Source: an uncultured Gaiellaceae bacterium
Lineage (GTDB): Bacteria; Actinomycetota; Thermoleophilia; Gaiellales; Gaiellaceae
Assembly: GCA_963787085.1 (NCBI GenBank)
Contig: CAWBBO010000008.1
Coordinates: forward strand, 11,146 to 75,145
Length of the DNA stretch: 64,000 bases
Reading direction: 5' to 3'
Positions 10,440-21,415 of the stretch are shown here, piece after piece (the first letter of the stretch is position 1; each line of letters begins with the position of its first letter). A model generated the notes under the pieces. That model saw only the letters and a list, made by a program, of their open reading frames with translations. It did no database searches and was not told the DNA's origin. Made by a program: the position numbers and the translations under genes.

Positions 10440-10982
10440 ATGCACTTGTCATCGTATCAAATCAATCGCTATCGTCACGCGGGGCTGGCGGCGCAGGAAC
10501 TGCTGGTGATTGACGATCATCTGTTGACGTGTGAATTTTGTCGGCAGCAATTGCGCGCTGGCATAAATTTGCAAGCCGCCATTCATCAGCTTCAGGCAAA
10601 TTTACTGCGGTTGCCGGAGGAAGAACATCTCTCACCCGAACAGTGCGATGCCTTTGCCCACAATCGTCTGGACGCCATCGAACGCGAACTGGTGGCCAGC
10701 CATTTGCTGGGTTGTCCAAGCTGTACGGCGCAAATTCACACTGTACGCGAAAATCACCGAGACACGATCCCGCCCATCGCTCAAACCTGGGCCAGTGTGA
10801 CGGTATTTTTGCAAGAACGCGCGGCCTTGCTTTGGCCTATGCCGGTAGCCGCGTTGGTCGTCATGCTCGCGGTTATTATCGCGGATTGTTTGTACCTTCG
10901 ACAGAGCGCGAAACCCGTTGCGCCCAAGGTCACTGAACTGAAATCAATACCAGCCTCGCCTGCGCCGATTTCTTCCCCGTAA
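10440..10982 (+). CDS. Anti-sigma-like protein with two zf-HC2 motifs and a TM helix
   Basis: HLLTCEFC and HLLGCPSC (HxxxCxxC twice); hydrophobic segment LLWPMPVAALVVMLAVII. Confidence 0.7.
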   Translation: MHLSSYQINRYRHAGLAAQELLVIDDHLLTCEFCRQQLRAGINLQAAIHQLQANLLRLPEEEHLSPEQCDAFAHNRLDAIERELVASHLLGCPSCTAQIHTVRENHRDTIPPIAQTWASVTVFLQERAALLWPMPVAALVVMLAVIIADCLYLRQSAKPVAPKVTELKSIPASPAPISSP

Positions 10983-11000
10983 CCAGTGCGTCCTGAGTGG

Positions 11001-11108
11001 CCGGCAAACTTCAGTTTGTCGAGTCGTTCCAGACACGATCCTGCGTTGAAAAGACGGCAAACTGGAGTCTGCCGGACGCTCAGGACGACAAACTAAAGTT
11101 TGTCGGAC
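11001..11108. repeat. Cluster of three REP palindromes, same family as 6653-6755
   Basis: CCGGCAAACTTCAGTTTGTCG, CGGCAAACTGGAGTCTGCCGGAC, CGACAAACTAAAGTTTGTCGGAC. Confidence 0.75.
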
Positions 11109-11273
11109 ACTTTGGCGCGGCAATCTACCAGACACAAAATTCCAATAGACCTCTCCTCCGAATTCCGCTATGATCCTTCTCGCCAAAGTAGCTTTCCCAA
11201 AAAATCATAATCAAATAAGCCGCCTGTAAAAACAGGTGCGGCAAAACTACTGACCGAATTTTAGAGGTACCTC

Positions 11274-14065
11274 ATGTTGTATTCGCACGCCCCGGCGAAG
11301 TCGCTGACTTCGTTGCTCTTCATCTGCTCGCTCCTCATTTTTTCTTCTCTTTCCTTTGCCCAAACCTTTTCTGATCCGGGTTTTTCCTCGCAACTGGTGA
11401 CGACTTTGCCCGCCTATAAAGCCGTTGGATTGACGTTTACGCCGGATGGGCGAATGTTGATCTGGCAAGACAACGGCATCGTGCGCGTTTATAAAAATGG
11501 CGTGTTGTTGACGACGCCGTTTCTGGATATTTCGGCGCGCGTCAACATCGTCGGAGATCGCGGATTAATGGGGCTGACGCTGGACCCAAACTTTGCCACG
11601 AACGGTTATGTGTATTTGCTTTACACGTACGAACCGAGTGGCAATTCGAACGATGTTGCGCCCCGCACGCAACGCCTGACGCGCGTCAGGGTTGATCCGG
11701 CGAATCCTGATGTGGTGTTGCCGAACAGCGAAACGGTTTTGCTCGGTAGCCTCAGCGCAACACCGTGCGCCGAAAACACGGATTGCATCGGCAATGATTC
11801 GGATTCACACACGGGCGGCACGATTCGTTTCGGGCCGGACGGCAAGCTGTATGCCAGCACAGGCGATGGCGCGTCGTATTCGTTTGAAGACCCATTGGCG
11901 TTGCGCAGCCAGAATCTGAATTCGCTGAGCGGCAAAATCCTGCGCCTCAATCCCGACGGCACAGCGCCGAGCGACAATCCGTTTTACAACGGCAATCCCA
12001 ATGCTGTGCGCTCGAAAGTTTATTCGTATGGCCTGCGCAATCCGTATCGGTTTGCGATTCATCCAACCAGTGGGGAAGTGTTGATCGGCAATGTGGGTTG
12101 GGTCACGTATGAGGAAATTGAACGTGGACGCGGCGCGAATTTCGGCTGGCCCTGTTACGAAGGCGATGCGCCGCAGGCCAGTTATCAAGCCCGATTCCCC
12201 GCTCAATGCGGCGCGTTGCCAAGCAGTGCGGTCACCAAGCCGTTGCACTTTTACGGACGCAGCGAAGGCGTAGCGGTGATTGGCGGCACGGTCTATTCCG
12301 CGACGCAATTTCCGGCCACCTATCGCGGCAACTTTTTCTTTGCGGATTATGTCGGCAAATGGATTCGGCGGATGAGTTTTGACGCGAATGGAAATGTCAG
12401 CAGCGTGCAAACGTTTGCGACCAATGTGAATGATGTCGTGGCACTGGAACAAGGTGCAGACGGCGCGTTGTATTACATTTCGCTGTCTTCGGGCGAAGTA
12501 CGAAGGATTCGGTTTGCCAGCGCGCCCACGGCTGTTGCGGCGGCGAATCCGAGCGTCGGCGTGTCGCCGTTGACCGTGACTTTTTCGAGCGCGGGTTCAA
12601 GTGATCCGAACAATTTATCGCTTACTTATTTGTGGGATTTCGGCGATGGTACAACTTCGACGCAGGCCAATCCGCTGCACACATACACGGCGGCAACGTT
12701 TACAACTTTCACAGCGAAGTTGACGGTGACGAATTCCGCCAACGCCAGTTCATCGGCGACTGTCATCGTGAATGTCGGCAATCGCCCGCCGCTCGCCACC
12801 ATCACTGCGCCCGCGAACAACACGTTGGCACGACCGGGGGATACGATTGCATATCGTGGTGCGGCGTCTGATCCCGATGAAGCGTTGACGGGCAATGCCA
12901 TGAGTTGGCAATTGCTCTTGCATCACGACGATCACGTGCATCCATTTCAAGCCGTCAATGGTTTGGGCGGCAGCTTTGTCGTCGAAGATCACGGCGCGGG
13001 AACGTACTATTACGAAATCATTTTGACTGTGACCGACAGTCGCGGCGCAACAGATCGCAAAGCCGTCAACGTCAATATCGCACCTAACACAACGACGCCG
13101 ACAACCACGTATCTGAGCGATCTAAATTGGACTTCCGCCACGAATGGTTGGGGGCCGGTGGAAAAAGACCGCAGCAACGGTGAACAAGGCGCGACGGACG
13201 GCAACCCGCTCACGCTAAATGGCGTGAAGTACACAAAAGGTCTCGGCGTTCACGCGGGTTCAGACGTGCGCTACAACTTGAATGGCGCATACAAAACCTT
13301 TCTCGCTGACGTTGGTGTGGACGATGAAGTCGGCGGCAATGGGTCGGTGATCTTTCAGGTCTATGCCGATGGCGCGTTGTTGTATGACAGCGGCACTTTG
13401 CTTGGTGCTTCGACAACGAAGCAAGTGAGTGTAGATGTCACAGGCAAGAAGGAATTACGGTTGGTCGTCACGATTGCAGGCGATAACGACTGGTACGATC
13501 ACGCCGATTGGGCGAATGCTCGTTTGCAAAATGGCACCGTCGCGTCGAACACGCCGCCGACGGTTGCGATTGTTGCGCCGAGCAATAACGCAACCTTCAT
13601 CACACCGACCAACGTGACGATCAACGCGAATGCCGCCGACAGCGATGGCACGATTGGCAAAGTTGAGTTTTATCAAGGCACAACGTTACTCGGCACTGTG
13701 ACAACCAGCCCATACAATTTCACCTGGACAAACGTGGCGACGGGGAATTACAGCCTGACCGCAAAAGCCTTCGATGACAAAGGCGCGGCGACTACTTCGA
13801 GCGTGGTCAACATCACGGTCAGGAACAATATCGCGCCGAGTGTCAGCCTCACATCACCCGCGCCAAATGCTGTGCTGACGGCTCCGGCGAGCGTCACGCT
13901 CACGGCGAATGCGACGGATTCCGATGGCACTATCAGCAAAGTGGAATTCTTTTCCGGTGCGACTTTGCTTGGCACTGTGACCACCGCGCCGTTTACGTTT
14001 AATTGGAGCAATGTTGCGGCAGGCAGTTACAGCCTGACCGCAAAAGCGACGGATAATCGGGGCGG
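11274..14065 (+). CDS. Secreted PQQ-dependent sugar dehydrogenase (GSDH) with PKD, NPCBM and Ig-like domains; 3' truncated at junction
   Basis: Signal peptide; [37 protein letters not shown]; WDFGDG (PKD); [20 protein letters not shown] (NPCBM); two Ig repeats DSDGTI.KVEF. Confidence 0.88.
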
Positions 14066-15671
14066 GGGCGCCACCATCGCCGAGACCAGCCTCACCATCG
14101 ATGGCATCGGCGCGGTGATCGACACCGGCTACAAGCGCGTTCCGCGCTTCGATCCAGCCTCCGGCATGACGGCACTCGAAACCACCCGCGTGTCGCTGGC
14201 TTCCGCCGACCAGCGCCGCGGCCGGGCCGGGAGGCTTGGACCGGGCGTCTGCTACCGTCTCTGGCCCGAGGCCGAGACGCGCGCACTGGTGCCGCATGAT
14301 GTCCCCGAAATCTTCGTCGCCGAGCTTGGCCCCGCTGGCGCTGGAAAAACCCGCCGCCTGGGGACTCCTGGCCGACCCGCCGCCGGCTGCCGCCTTCGCC
14401 CAGGCCCGCGACCTTCTCAAGCGACTCGAGGCGATCGACGAAGACGGCCGCATCGCGACTATGGGCAAGGCCATGGGCGAGGTTGCCGCTCCACCCGCGT
14501 CTCGCCCACATGGTCGTCCGTGGACTGGAGCATGCGGGCTGCCGAGATTGCCGCCATGCTGTCGGAACGCGATGGCCTGCCGCGCGATGCGGGCGCCGAC
14601 ATCGGCGGAAGGCTGGCACGCATTCAGGGTGCGGCGCCGCGACCGCATCCGCCAATCGGCCCACCAGATCCGCCAGATGGCCGGCATCGGCAGGAAACCA
14701 CGGCATGGCCTGAGCGACGGGGTGCTCGTCGCGCTTTGCCTTTCCGGACCGGATTGCCCAGCGCCGTGGCGGTGACCGCCGCTACCGGTTGTCGGGCGGC
14801 GGCGGGGCCATCCTGCCCGAACACGATGCCCTGATGACTGAGGAGTGGCTGGCGGTCGCCACCACCGATGGCGCTTCGGGCGACCAGAAGAATCTTTCTC
14901 GCCGCACCCCTGTCGCGAGTGAGATCGAGGAGCATTTCGCGCATCTGATCGAGACGCGTGACGGTGTGTCTGGGACAGCCGCGCCCGGGCGGTACGGCCA
15001 CCAGCTCCCGCCGGCTCGGCGCGCTGGTGCTGGAAGAAGGCCGCGACGACGGCCGGTCCGGAAGATGTGGCAGTGGCCATGCTTCAGGGCATCCGGGAGA
15101 TGGGTCTAACCTGCCTTCCATGGAGCGATGGCGCTAGGCTGCTTCACGCGCGGTCGATGTTCCTGCGAAGGATGTTTCCCGACGCGGCTGGCCGGAACTT
15201 TCCGACGGTCAGCTGCTGCGCCACGCTCGAGGATTGGCTGCTCCCCTATCTTCCGGGCATCCGCCGCAAGGCGCATCTCGATCGGCTGGACATGCACCAG
15301 ATCATGCAGTCCATGATCCCGCATGAGCTTCACCGCAAGATGGATCGCCTCGCGCCGTCCGGATCGAGGTGCCGTCGGGCGCCGACGTGCGCATCGACTA
15401 TGAGACCGAGGGCGACCCCGTGCTGCGCGTGCGCCTCCAGGAGATGTTCGGCCTTGCCCGCACGCCGGCCATCGCCGAGGGCCGCAGCCCGCTCCGCATC
15501 GAGCTGCTCTCGCCCGCTGGCCGGCCCGCTCGCCGTCACCCAGTCCCTCGACACCTTCTGGACCAACGGCTACCCCTCCGTCCGCTCCGACATGCGCGGG
15601 CGCTATCCCAAGCACTCCTGGCCGGAGGACCCGCTCACGCCGCGCCGGTGAAGCCACGCCGGCTGCGGTGA
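14066..15671 (+). CDS. hrpB: ATP-dependent helicase HrpB, C-terminal part only, frameshifted
   Basis: [74 protein letters not shown]. Confidence 0.9.
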
Positions 15672-15708
15672 TCTCGACTTATCTCTTGCTCCCAACTAGG
15701 GTTCGCCC

Positions 15709-16520
15709 ATGAGCATCCTCGCCCCCCTTCACGCCGTTCTCGCCCGCACCGGGCTCGACGCCGTCATCCTCGTGCCCGGCGCCAACTTCCGCCGCGTCTT
15801 CCGCAAGGACTTTCACCAGATGGAGCGGCCGCTCGAGGTGATCGTTCCGCGCGACGGCACGCCCGTCGCCATCGTGCCCAATCTCGAGATAGGCTCCTTC
15901 GCGCCCATCGGATTTCCGGCCAGGTCTTCGACTGGCGCGACGAGACGGGCTACATGGACGCCTTCATGGCCGCGGGTGCTGCGCTGCCGCAGCTGCGCGA
16001 CGGCGCCCGCATCGGCGTCGAAGGACAGCGCATGCGCGTCTTCGATCTGCGTGGCCCTGCAGGAAGGCGCTGCCGGGCGCCGTCTTCGTCGATGCCCATG
16101 CCGAGATCTCGGCCATGCGGCTGCACAAGCTGCCGGAGGAGATCGAACTGCAGCGCAAGGCCATCCGCCTGTCCGAAGCCGCGCTCGAAGACACGCTGCG
16201 CGAGATCCGGGTGGGCATGAGCGAGACCGAGATCGAGTCGCTGCTGCTGCGCAACCTCTTCGCCCATGGCGCCGACGGGCTGGCCTTCGCACCCATCGTA
16301 GCGGCCGGCGACAATGCGGCAAAGCCCCACGCCCATGCCGGCGGACTACCGCATCAAGCCGGGCGACGCGCTGCTCTTCGATTTCGGCGGCAGTTACCAG
16401 GGCTACAGCGCCGACATCACCCGCACCTTCTTCGTGAAGGAGGTCTCGGACTTCGACCGCGCCTTCTACGAGACGGTCCTGGCCGCCAATGCAAAGGGCC
16501 GCGAGGTCTCGCGCGCCGGT
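15709..16520 (+). CDS. Xaa-Pro peptidase (M24), frameshifted and 3' truncated
   Basis: Creatinase-like N-terminus; MRLHKLPEEI, IVAAGDNAAKPHA, LFDFGGSYQGYSADITRTF; C-terminal metal ligands absent. Confidence 0.85.
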
Positions 16521-18484
16521 GTGAGGGCTGGTTTGGTGTCTGATTTGGCTCTGTAGAGCCAATTTGTGTCGGGCGGGAGCTGGATCGTGTGGGCACACGG
16601 TTTGGGGTTAGCTTGTCGCTGCGGGTGTTGGTGGTAGTGGTGTGGGCATGTACTTGCGGACCACGCAGCGGCGGAACACGGACGGGTCGGTGGTCCGCTA
16701 CGTGCAGCTGGCGCACAACCGCCGCGTCGACGGGGTGACGCAGGCGGAGGTGCTGCTCAACCTGGGCCGCGAGGACGAGCTCGACGCGGAGGGGCTGCGG
16801 CGGCTGGTCGCCTCGATCAACCGCTACCTCGGCGAGGGGCGCCGCCCCGCTCGGCGCCGGCCGCCGGCGGCGGCGGGGACGGGCTCACGTGGTGCGAGCT
16901 CGCGGCCGATGGGCGGCGCCTGGCTGCTGGACGGGCTGTGGCGCCAGCTCGGCGTCGACGACGGCGCTGCGCAGGTGCTCGGCGCCGCGGCGGTTCACCA
17001 CCGATGTGGAGCGGGTGCTGTTCGCGCTGGTCGCCAACCGGGCGATCGACCCGTGCTCCAAGCTGGCCGCCGCGGAGTGGGCGTCGCAGGACGTCGCCAT
17101 CCCCGGGTCTGGACGGCGATGGATGAGGACCAGGCGTACCGGGCGATGGACCTGCTGGTCGAGGCCGACGCCCAGGCCGAAGGTGCAGGAGGCGGTGTTC
17201 TTCGCCGTCGCGGACCTGCTCAACCTGGAGGTCGACCTGCTGTTCTTCGACACCACCTCGCACCTACTTCGAGCGCGACGAGCCGACGAGGCCGGCGAGG
17301 GCGCGTTCCGCCGGTACGGGCACTCCAAGGACCACCGCCCCGACCTGCCCCAGATCGTGATCGGCCTGGCGGTCACCCGGGAGGGGATCCCGGTGCGGGT
17401 GTGGTGCTGGCCCGGCAACACCAACGACCAGTCGGTGCTGCCCGAGGTCAAGGACGGCCTGCGCGGCTGGCGGCTCGGCCGGGTCGTCACCGTCGTCGAC
17501 CGCGGGTTCTCCTCGGATGCGAACCTGGACTACCTGCGCCGCGCGGGCGGGCACTGGATCGCCGGCGAGCGGATGCGCGACGGCTCCCCCGACGCGCCAG
17601 GCCGCGCTGTCCCGCCAGGGCCGCTACCAGCAGGTCCGCGACAACCTGCGCGTCAAGGAGGTGCGCTCGGGACGGCACCCCGGGCAGCGTTCGATCATCT
17701 GCCACAACCCCGCCGAGGCCGAGCGCGACAAGGCCCAGCGCGACGCCGACGATCGAGCCGGCTGCACGGCCGAGCTCGACCGGATCAGCCGCCCGGCCGC
17801 GACGCCACAGGCCAAGACGGCGCAAGAAGGCCTCGCCGACGACGCGCACCAGCGCGCCGAGTGCGCGCTGCGCGACCACCCCACCCTCGGCCGCTACCTG
17901 CGCCAGACCACCCTCGGCCGCCTCGTGATCGACCGGGCGAAGATCGCCGCCGAGGAACGCCTCGACGGCAAGTACCTGCTCTCCACCTCCGACCCCGACC
18001 TGTCCGCCGAGGACGTCGCGCTCGGCTACAAGAACCTGCTCGAAGCCGAACGCGGCTTCCGCGACCTCAAGACCACCCTCGAGCTGCGGCCCGTCTTCCA
18101 CCGCCTCGAACCCCGCATCCGCGCCCACGTCCTGCTGTGCTGGCTCGCGCTGCTGCTCATCCGCGTCGCCGAACGCACCACCGGCCTGACCTGGCGGCGC
18201 ATCGCGATCGAACTCGGCCGCGTCCACGCCGTCACCCTCGCCGGCACCGCCGGCACCGTCGTCCACACCACCCCGCTCACCGACCCGCAACGCCAGATCC
18301 TCGGCCTGCCAGGTCGACCCGCCGCCCCGGGTCACCACGCTCACCCCCACCTGAGCACCCCTCCGACGCCCGCACCGCGTGGACACACGCATGCGAAACA
18401 TCACAAACCCCAGAAACCCAGTACCCATGCTGGCCTGCGGCCCCACAACACCCTCGCGCGTGCCCATCAACTGCGGAACTCCGG
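16521..18484 (+). mobile_element. IS1634-family element (left end not identifiable)
   Basis: Contains the transposase; right end reads CTGCGGAACTCCGG; no matching inverted copy on the left. Confidence 0.65.
16648..18354 (+). CDS. IS1634-family DDE transposase, frameshifted
   Basis: MYLRTTQRRN.DGSVVRYVQLAHN, LLFFDTTS, GHSKDHRPDLPQ, VVDRGF, YKNLLEAERGFRDLK, RIRAHVLLCWLALLL. Confidence 0.9.
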
Positions 18485-18563
18485 CGAACCTGCCGTCGAA
18501 GATCGGCCCCTACCTCGCAAGCGGCCGGCCCGTCGTCGCCTCGATCGACCCCACCACACCGGC
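18485..18563 (+). pseudogene. Fragment of a GT4 glycosyltransferase C-terminus
   Basis: NLPSKIGPYLASGRPVVASID resembles the PSK...YLASGRPVV motif of WcaI/WbuB-like enzymes. Confidence 0.5.
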
Positions 18564-18870
18564 TCAGGCGCGCCAGTGGCGGAGGGTGCCTTCGAAGAAG
18601 AGATGCCGTTTCCGGAGCGCGTAGTAGAGCTCGGTCTTGCGCGAGAGCGGGATCAGCAGACGCCAGTTCTCGGAGCAGAGGATCGACTGCTTCTTCAGGC
18701 AGGCGGAGAGCGCGTAGCCGCCGAGCCAGTACTCGATCCGCCCTGATTTGCGTGTCAGCCGCCGCATTCCGGCCGACTTGTCGCAGGTCCGGTACAGGTG
18801 CCTGTTGATGTCGAAGTACTGGTAGTCGTTGTCGTAGGCGACGGGAGGTCGGCTTCGCGATATGTCTCGA

Positions 18871-19980
18871 TGGGGGTATCCATTTAACCGGAGGAGGGCA
18901 GGTCGGCGGTTCTCCACGGGCGATCCGCTGGAGGGCGCTCCAGGCTCGGCGGGTGCCCGCGTGCCCGCGGCGGCGCGGGAGGCACTGCCCGGGGCCGCTC
19001 GCTGGCGATGAGGTCCCGGTAGCGCACTGGCGCGTGGGCGACGGCGAGTTCGAGCACCCGGTAGAAGACCATGCCGCGGCTGCGCGAGCGGCGTCGGTTG
19101 AAACGGAAGACGAACTCGTTCAGGTAGCTGGGCAGGTGCGCGTCGTCGACCGATCCCTGGTGGGTGCCGAGCAGCCAGCGCTTGGCCAGCGAGGCGACCC
19201 GGTGCACGGCGGGCAGGAGCTCGCCGGGCTCCTCGCCGCGGGCGCGGGCCGCCCGCTGGCTGCGCCGGTCGTGGACGTAGCCGAGCCTCTCCAGTCCGGC
19301 GTAGCCTGCCCAGCCGTCGGTGATGACCGTGGCGCCCGGCTCGACGTGATCGGTCACGAAGGCGTGCAGCGAGGCGGCCGACGCGTCGGCCAGCGGCGCC
19401 ATCCGGCAGCGGCCGAGCCCCTTCGGCTCCCGGACCTCCACTGCGATGCCGGTCAGCACCTTCTTGCCCCTGGCCCGGCCGCCGCGCAGCCCCGGCTCCT
19501 CACCGCCGATGTAGGTCTCGTCGACCTCCACCGTCCCGGCCAGCCGATCCCGGCCGGGACGCACCAGCACCGAGCGCAGCCGGTGCAGCATCGCCCACGC
19601 GGTCTGGTAGGAGCCGATCTCGAGCGTGCGCTGCAGGCTCAGCGCCGAGATCCCGTCCTTGCCGGTGGCGAACAGCCAGCAGGCGTGAACCACACCGTCA
19701 GCGGCGTGCGCGTCCGGTCGAAGATCGTCCCCGCCGTCACCGAGGTCCGCTCGCCACACCCCGAGCACATGAACCGGCCATCACCCAGCCGCCAGCCCCG
19801 GCCGTGGTCGCAACTCGGGCACGCGAAGCCGGCCGGCCATCGCAGCCACTCCAGGTAGTCCAGGCAGTCCGCGTCGGTCCGGAACCAGGCCTGGAACTCG
19901 CCCACCGACCTCGGATAGTGAACGCCGCCACGAGGGTAACCCATCACCCACTAGCGTACTCCGGTTAAATGGATACCCCA
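18871..19980 (-). mobile_element. Complete IS1595-family element
   Basis: TIRs GGGGTATCCATTTAACCGGA / TCCGGTTAAATGGATACCCC; flanking direct repeat ATGTCTCGA (18862-18870, 19981-19989). Confidence 0.92.
18884..19947 (-). CDS. IS1595-family transposase (frameshift ~19685)
   Basis: Zn ribbon CPSC..CSGC, SVTAGTIF, EVDETYIGG, ITDGWAGY, YLNEFVFRFNRR. Confidence 0.92.
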
Positions 19981-20166
19981 ATGTCTCGATATACGCGAGC
20001 CGTCGCGGTCGGTTGCCGCGGATCCGGACACGGCGCGCAATCGGAGGAAGCGAAAACCGCGCGCTCGCGCCAGCGCGCGATCAGCCTGGAACACGGCCTC
20101 GAACGTCTCGGCACGGTCGCCGAGACGACCGCTGTCTGAACGTCGGCGCTATCGCGTTCAACGGCG

Positions 20167-20451
20167 CTACGCCGAGAGCAGGGCGACGCGAGCGTCGAGG
20201 CCGCGCGCGAGCTTGGCGAGCGTCCCGGTCCGGGGCTCGACGACGCCGCGTTCGATCTTCGAGATCTCCGCCTGAGCGATCCCCGTCCGCTTGGAGAGCT
20301 CGGTCTGGCTGATCCCACGGTCGAGGCGCAGCTCCAGGAGCTGGTTCGCGACCCCGTAGTGGTCGCGGAAGGTGTCGAGGGTCGCGCGCTCCTCGGGAGT
20401 GAGGCCCGCCTCGATCCGCTTGACGTAGTCCTTGAAGTTCGTGCTGGCCAT
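20167..20451 (-). CDS. XRE-HTH antitoxin (HigA-like)
   Basis: LRLDRGISQTELSKRTGIAQAEISKIERG; lies downstream of a RelE-like toxin. Confidence 0.85.
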   Translation of the reverse strand: MASTNFKDYVKRIEAGLTPEERATLDTFRDHYGVANQLLELRLDRGISQTELSKRTGIAQAEISKIERGVVEPRTGTLAKLARGLDARVALLSA

Positions 20452-20476
20452 TTCTTCCTCCGGCTTCGACACAACC

Positions 20477-20505
20477 ACTATAGGTCAAAACCTATAGGTG
20501 CGCAA
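20477..20505 (-). promoter_or_regulatory. Internal antitoxin promoter with overlapping palindromic operator
   Basis: TTGCGC-17nt-TATAGT on the minus strand; palindrome CTATAGGT-caaa-ACCTATAG at 20478-20497. Confidence 0.7.
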
Positions 20506-20532
20506 GCCTTTTCTCTTTTCCATGCCGCCGGG

Positions 20533-21000
20533 CTACCGCTTCCTGCCCTTCGCGGCCTGCCGCTGAGCCGCCTGGAACGCCCTGAGCCGCTTCCTCGCCG
20601 TCTCGATCTCCTTCTGCTGGCGCTTCGCCGAGGGGCTCTCACCCTTGTCGTAGCCGCCGAGCAGCAGAACGATCCGGTCGCCGTACGCGTGGCAGAAGGC
20701 GCGCAGCAGAACCTTCCCGGGCGGACCCTCCTTGCCCTTCGGCCCGGCAGGCGGGTCGCCACCGAACATGTGCTTGATCTCGGCAGCCGTGTGCCGCACC
20801 CTGAACTCGAACAGGCCCCCTCCGAGCATCGTCCCCCAGCTGCTCTTGCAAACGCCGATCCCCTGCTTGGCGAGCACCTGCTCGATCGCCGCGATCATCG
20901 CGAGCCTCTTTGTCACATCGAGTCCGCCGAGGAATGTTTCGAACGGCTTCTGCCCGCCGCCCTCGTAGAACTCGATCTCGAAGTCGCTCGCGTCGGCCAT
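20533..21000 (-). CDS. RelE/ParE (Gp49/HigB-like) toxin
   Basis: IEFYE...PFETFL, LGGGLFEFRV, LRAFCHAYGDRIVLLLGGYDK, EIETARKRL; toxin-before-antitoxin order. Confidence 0.8.
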   Translation of the reverse strand: MADASDFEIEFYEGGGQKPFETFLGGLDVTKRLAMIAAIEQVLAKQGIGVCKSSWGTMLGGGLFEFRVRHTAAEIKHMFGGDPPAGPKGKEGPPGKVLLRAFCHAYGDRIVLLLGGYDKGESPSAKRQQKEIETARKRLRAFQAAQRQAAKGRKR

Positions 21001-21176
21001 CACGAGCAACCGTAGCGAGCGAGCACCCCGCCGCTTCTGGATGCGCGCGGTCGAGAAGGGACACTCACGCTGACATAGGGTCGCGGCCTGGCCCCCGAAC
21101 GGGGTACGAATCAACCGCTGAGCAGTCGAAGTAGGCCGAGCGCGGCCTGAGCGCCCGAGAGCGGGACGGATGAACC

Positions 21177-21357
21177 GGGGGTCAGGTCTTCTTCGTTTCA
21201 CCCGCCCGTGATCGCGCAGATCGAGCACAGCTGCAGCCCGTGCGAGATCGCCACTCGGCTCCTCGATCTCGACCGCCCACCGGCATGTCCACGCCTGTGG
21301 CGATGTCGGGACGACGCTCGTCGGCACCGGCCGCGGGCGGAACGAAGAAGACCCGAC
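21177..21357. mobile_element. MITE/REPIN-like element, copy 1
   Basis: Ends GGGGGTCAGGTCTTCTTCGTTTC ... GGAACGAAGAAGACCCGAC; interior homologous to 23574-23760. Confidence 0.75.
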
Positions 21358-21415
21358 TGCAGCTCTCTACGGCCCGAGCAGTGCGGCGGGAACGACGGCG
21401 ATACCGTCGCCGCAC

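Noticed and set aside
11274-14834. Novel 1186-aa sugar dehydrogenase-helicase fusion protein
   Set aside because: The join is mid-domain on both sides and coincides with a sharp composition change; best explained as a chimeric junction.
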